DNA from: Ginglymostoma cirratum
Taxonomy: Eukaryota
Direction: 5' to 3'
DNA length: 64,000 nt
Assembly (NCBI GenBank): GCA_024137785.1
Contig: JAHRHZ010000002.1
Coordinates: 10,767,263 to 10,831,262, forward strand
The translations under genes were made by a program, and so were the position numbers. Positions 61,505 to 64,000 of the stretch are shown one piece after another. The first letter of the stretch is position 1. Every line of letters begins with the position of its first letter. The notes below the pieces were generated by a model, which was not told where the DNA came from, did no database searches, and saw only the letters and a list, made by a program, of their open reading frames with translations.

Positions 61505-62065
61505 GTGTGCTGAGATACAATGGCCTCCTCTACATCGGGGAACTTCCCAGAGGCTTGGAGACTGCTTTGTGGAACACCTACGCTCTGTTTGCGACAAATG
61601 ACAACACCTCCCAGTTGCGAACCACTTCAACTCTCCCCTCCCACTGCCTGGATGACATGTCCATCCTTAGCCTCCTCCAGTGTCACAAGGATGCCACCCG
61701 AAAAATGGGGGAACAACACCTCATATTCCGCCTTGGAAGCCCACAGCCCAATGGTCTCAATGCGGACTTTGCAAGCTTCAAAATCTCCCAACCCCCCGAC
61801 CTCATCCCAAGACCAGCCTCCCCTCTGATACCCACCTCATTGAATTGTCCATCTTCTCTCCTACCTATCCGCTCCTACCACCTCTCTGACCAATCCCCAC
61901 CACTACCTACCTGCTATCACCGCCCCGACCCCAACTCTTTATTTATTTCGGACACCCCTTCCCCTCCCCCATTTCTGAAGAAGGGTCCTGACCCGAAATT
62001 TCAGCTTTCCTGCTCCTCTGGTGCTGCCTGGCCTGCTGTGTTCATCCAGCTCCACATTGTTATTA
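61505..62065 (+). mobile_element. Penelope-like element 3' remnant (GIY-YIG C-terminus plus terminal repeat with hammerhead-like core)
   Basis: GLLYIGE...RKMGEQHLIFRLG..QPNGLN.DF peptide, then CTGAAGAAGGGTCCTGACCCGAAA at 61975-61998. Confidence 0.8.
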
Positions 62066-63099
62066 CAATGAAAAGTGTTGTCTTATGTGCTTTATAGGTG
62101 GATGGTACTATACCAGTGCATCAGGGTAACAGGACAGAATGCATGTTATGGAGTTACAGCCACAGAGAATGTGCAGAGAGAGATCAACATTAACATTTAA
62201 AAGGCTTATTCAAAAGTCTGATAACAAGGATGAAGCTGTTTGTCAAATGTTTGTATCTTCTGCACAGCGGAAGAGATAGAAGGGAGGATAACCAGAGTGG
62301 GAGGGGTCTTTGATTATGATGGTTGCTGTCCTGAGGCAGTGGGAAGTATAGGTGGAGTCAATGGATGGAAGGTAGGTTTGCATGGTGGACTGGGCTCTGG
62401 TCACAACTCTGTCGTTTCTTGCGGTGTTGGGAAGAGATATATCATGCTATGATATATCCAAATCAGCTGCTTTCTTTGGTGCACCGATAAATATTTCTAA
62501 GAGTCTTTATGGGCATGCAGAACTTCCTTAGGCTCCTGACGAAGCAGAGTTGTTGTTGTGCTTTTACATCCACTATAATTTGAAAAATTCGGGAGCACTC
62601 GGGTAGCATTTCACGAGTCCATATTTGAGATTAGAGTGAAGCTTGATTCCATAATCTTTTGACGCAGTAGTTCTCCTGGGTGAATGCAGAAGGCAGCTTG
62701 TTTCTGCTATCATTATTTGAATTAGTGACAGAGAGAGAAGAGTAAATTCTCCACAGTGCATGGCCTAAATGTAGTATGTAGAACTGATTTGAAGTGTCTT
62801 AACACAATCTCTAGTGTTTTTTGGTTCATAACCGGAAATTACTCATAAATTACCTCAAAACCATTTATCCCCTTCGCTGTTCTGAGAAATAGAAACATTA
62901 CAATGAATTTGATTCCCTGAGATTTACATTGGACCCACGCTACATCTAATATTGAACGTAAAAATAAATAGTGGCTTTCATTTAACCCATGACAAAGGAA
63001 CAAATTTTCAGAGTAACTATCTGCCTCAATACGCAATATCAAATGAAAGGTACTACCTGGAAATTGTAATAACGTGGTAGATGTAACTTGGTAATTATT

Positions 63100-63440
63100 T
63101 TTATTCATCAATGGGATGATGACACTGTTGACTAGGCCAGCATTTATTGCCCATTCATAATTGCCTAAAGGGCAGTTAAGAGTGAACCATATTGGCTGTT
63201 TGTCTCGAGTCACATGTAGATGATAGTCGCTAAGGATGACAGTTCCTTTTCCTGAAGGACATTACTGAACTAGATGGTTATTTCCTGACAATTGATTCAC
63301 AGTCATCAATAGACTCTTAATTCCAGATATTTATTGAATTCAAATTCTACCATCTGCCATGGTAGGATTCGAACCCAGCTCCCCAGAACACGACCTGGGT
63401 GTCTGCAGTAATAGTCCTCACATGATGCCGCTCGGCCATC
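63100..63440 (-). mobile_element. tRNA-derived SINE, reverse
   Basis: Reverse B-box (GGATTCGAACCC) and shared body with the other copies. Confidence 0.7.
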
Positions 63441-64000
63441 CTCTCCCTTCGCGAGATTATATGGCGAACACTAATCGTGTTTGTTTCACAGTTCTCTACT
63501 TGCTGTTAAGTCGTTGGCATTCATGATGTAAGCCAACTAGTTTTTTTTAAAATAATTGTCAGTTAGAAATTACATAGATATAGGTATGTTCATTGGTATT
63601 TGTCTCTTTTCCATCAGTTTGGATCAACTACTGGCAAGGTATTGCAGAATTAATTTCTACTTCAAAAATTCCATCGATAATTGTGATTTACTGCAATTGT
63701 GTGGGAATGAGGGTATGCTAAAATGCAAGATATTCCACCTCTCAAGATGTCCACTCTTCAGGGTAAACGTTGTTGGCATTTTGACAAACCTCATTCATTC
63801 CAGCATGTGGCTTTCATAAAACAGACTGAGGCATCCAAGTGCATATCAATGAGATGAACTGGTCATTGATGTTACTTTCCTGCTGTATCTGGAACTGTTA
63901 TTTTTAAAGTAAACATTCATAGCGATAATGATTTCACTCAATGCAATCACCATTATTTTTTATTCCGTCATGAGATGTGCATTGGAACTGGAATTTTTTT

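Noticed and set aside
61348-62097. 249-aa ORF as a host gene
   Set aside because: It runs through SINE-like sequence into a Penelope GIY-YIG remnant and terminal repeat.
1-64000. Prokaryotic features (operons, CRISPR, rRNA/tRNA genes)
   Set aside because: The sequence is intron-rich vertebrate DNA, and the tRNA-like boxes belong to SINE heads.

Overview
Eukaryotic genomic DNA. The repeat families (CR1/HER1-type LINEs, HE1-type V-SINEs, Tx1 LINEs, Penelope terminal repeats) suggest a cartilaginous fish (shark). Most listed ORFs are repeat-derived or spurious. By reading splice sites manually I reconstruct two + strand immunoglobulin-superfamily genes whose germline-joined VJ-type domains resemble NKp30/NCR3. 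Gene 1 (12787-17825) has a leader, one V exon and a TM exon ending in a TGA right after the membrane segment, with possible relic tail exons downstream. Gene 2 (37561-59712) has one leader, three near-identical intact V exons spaced exactly 3411 bp apart (tandem triplication), one TM exon with a GC donor and no charged residue, and five small cytoplasmic exons ending in a YxxM motif. The one-leader/three-V/one-TM layout is the most notable feature: it could encode a 3-domain receptor or a family of splice-diversified receptors. Other observations are a 23-RSS-like motif at the end of V2, a duplicated 72-nt exon-like unit, hammerhead-ribozyme-like cores in Penelope repeats, a possible divergent minus-strand micro-exon transcript near 5.5-6.7 kb, and a 10-N gap. 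Exon models are hand-derived without transcript data. Repeat boundaries are approximate.
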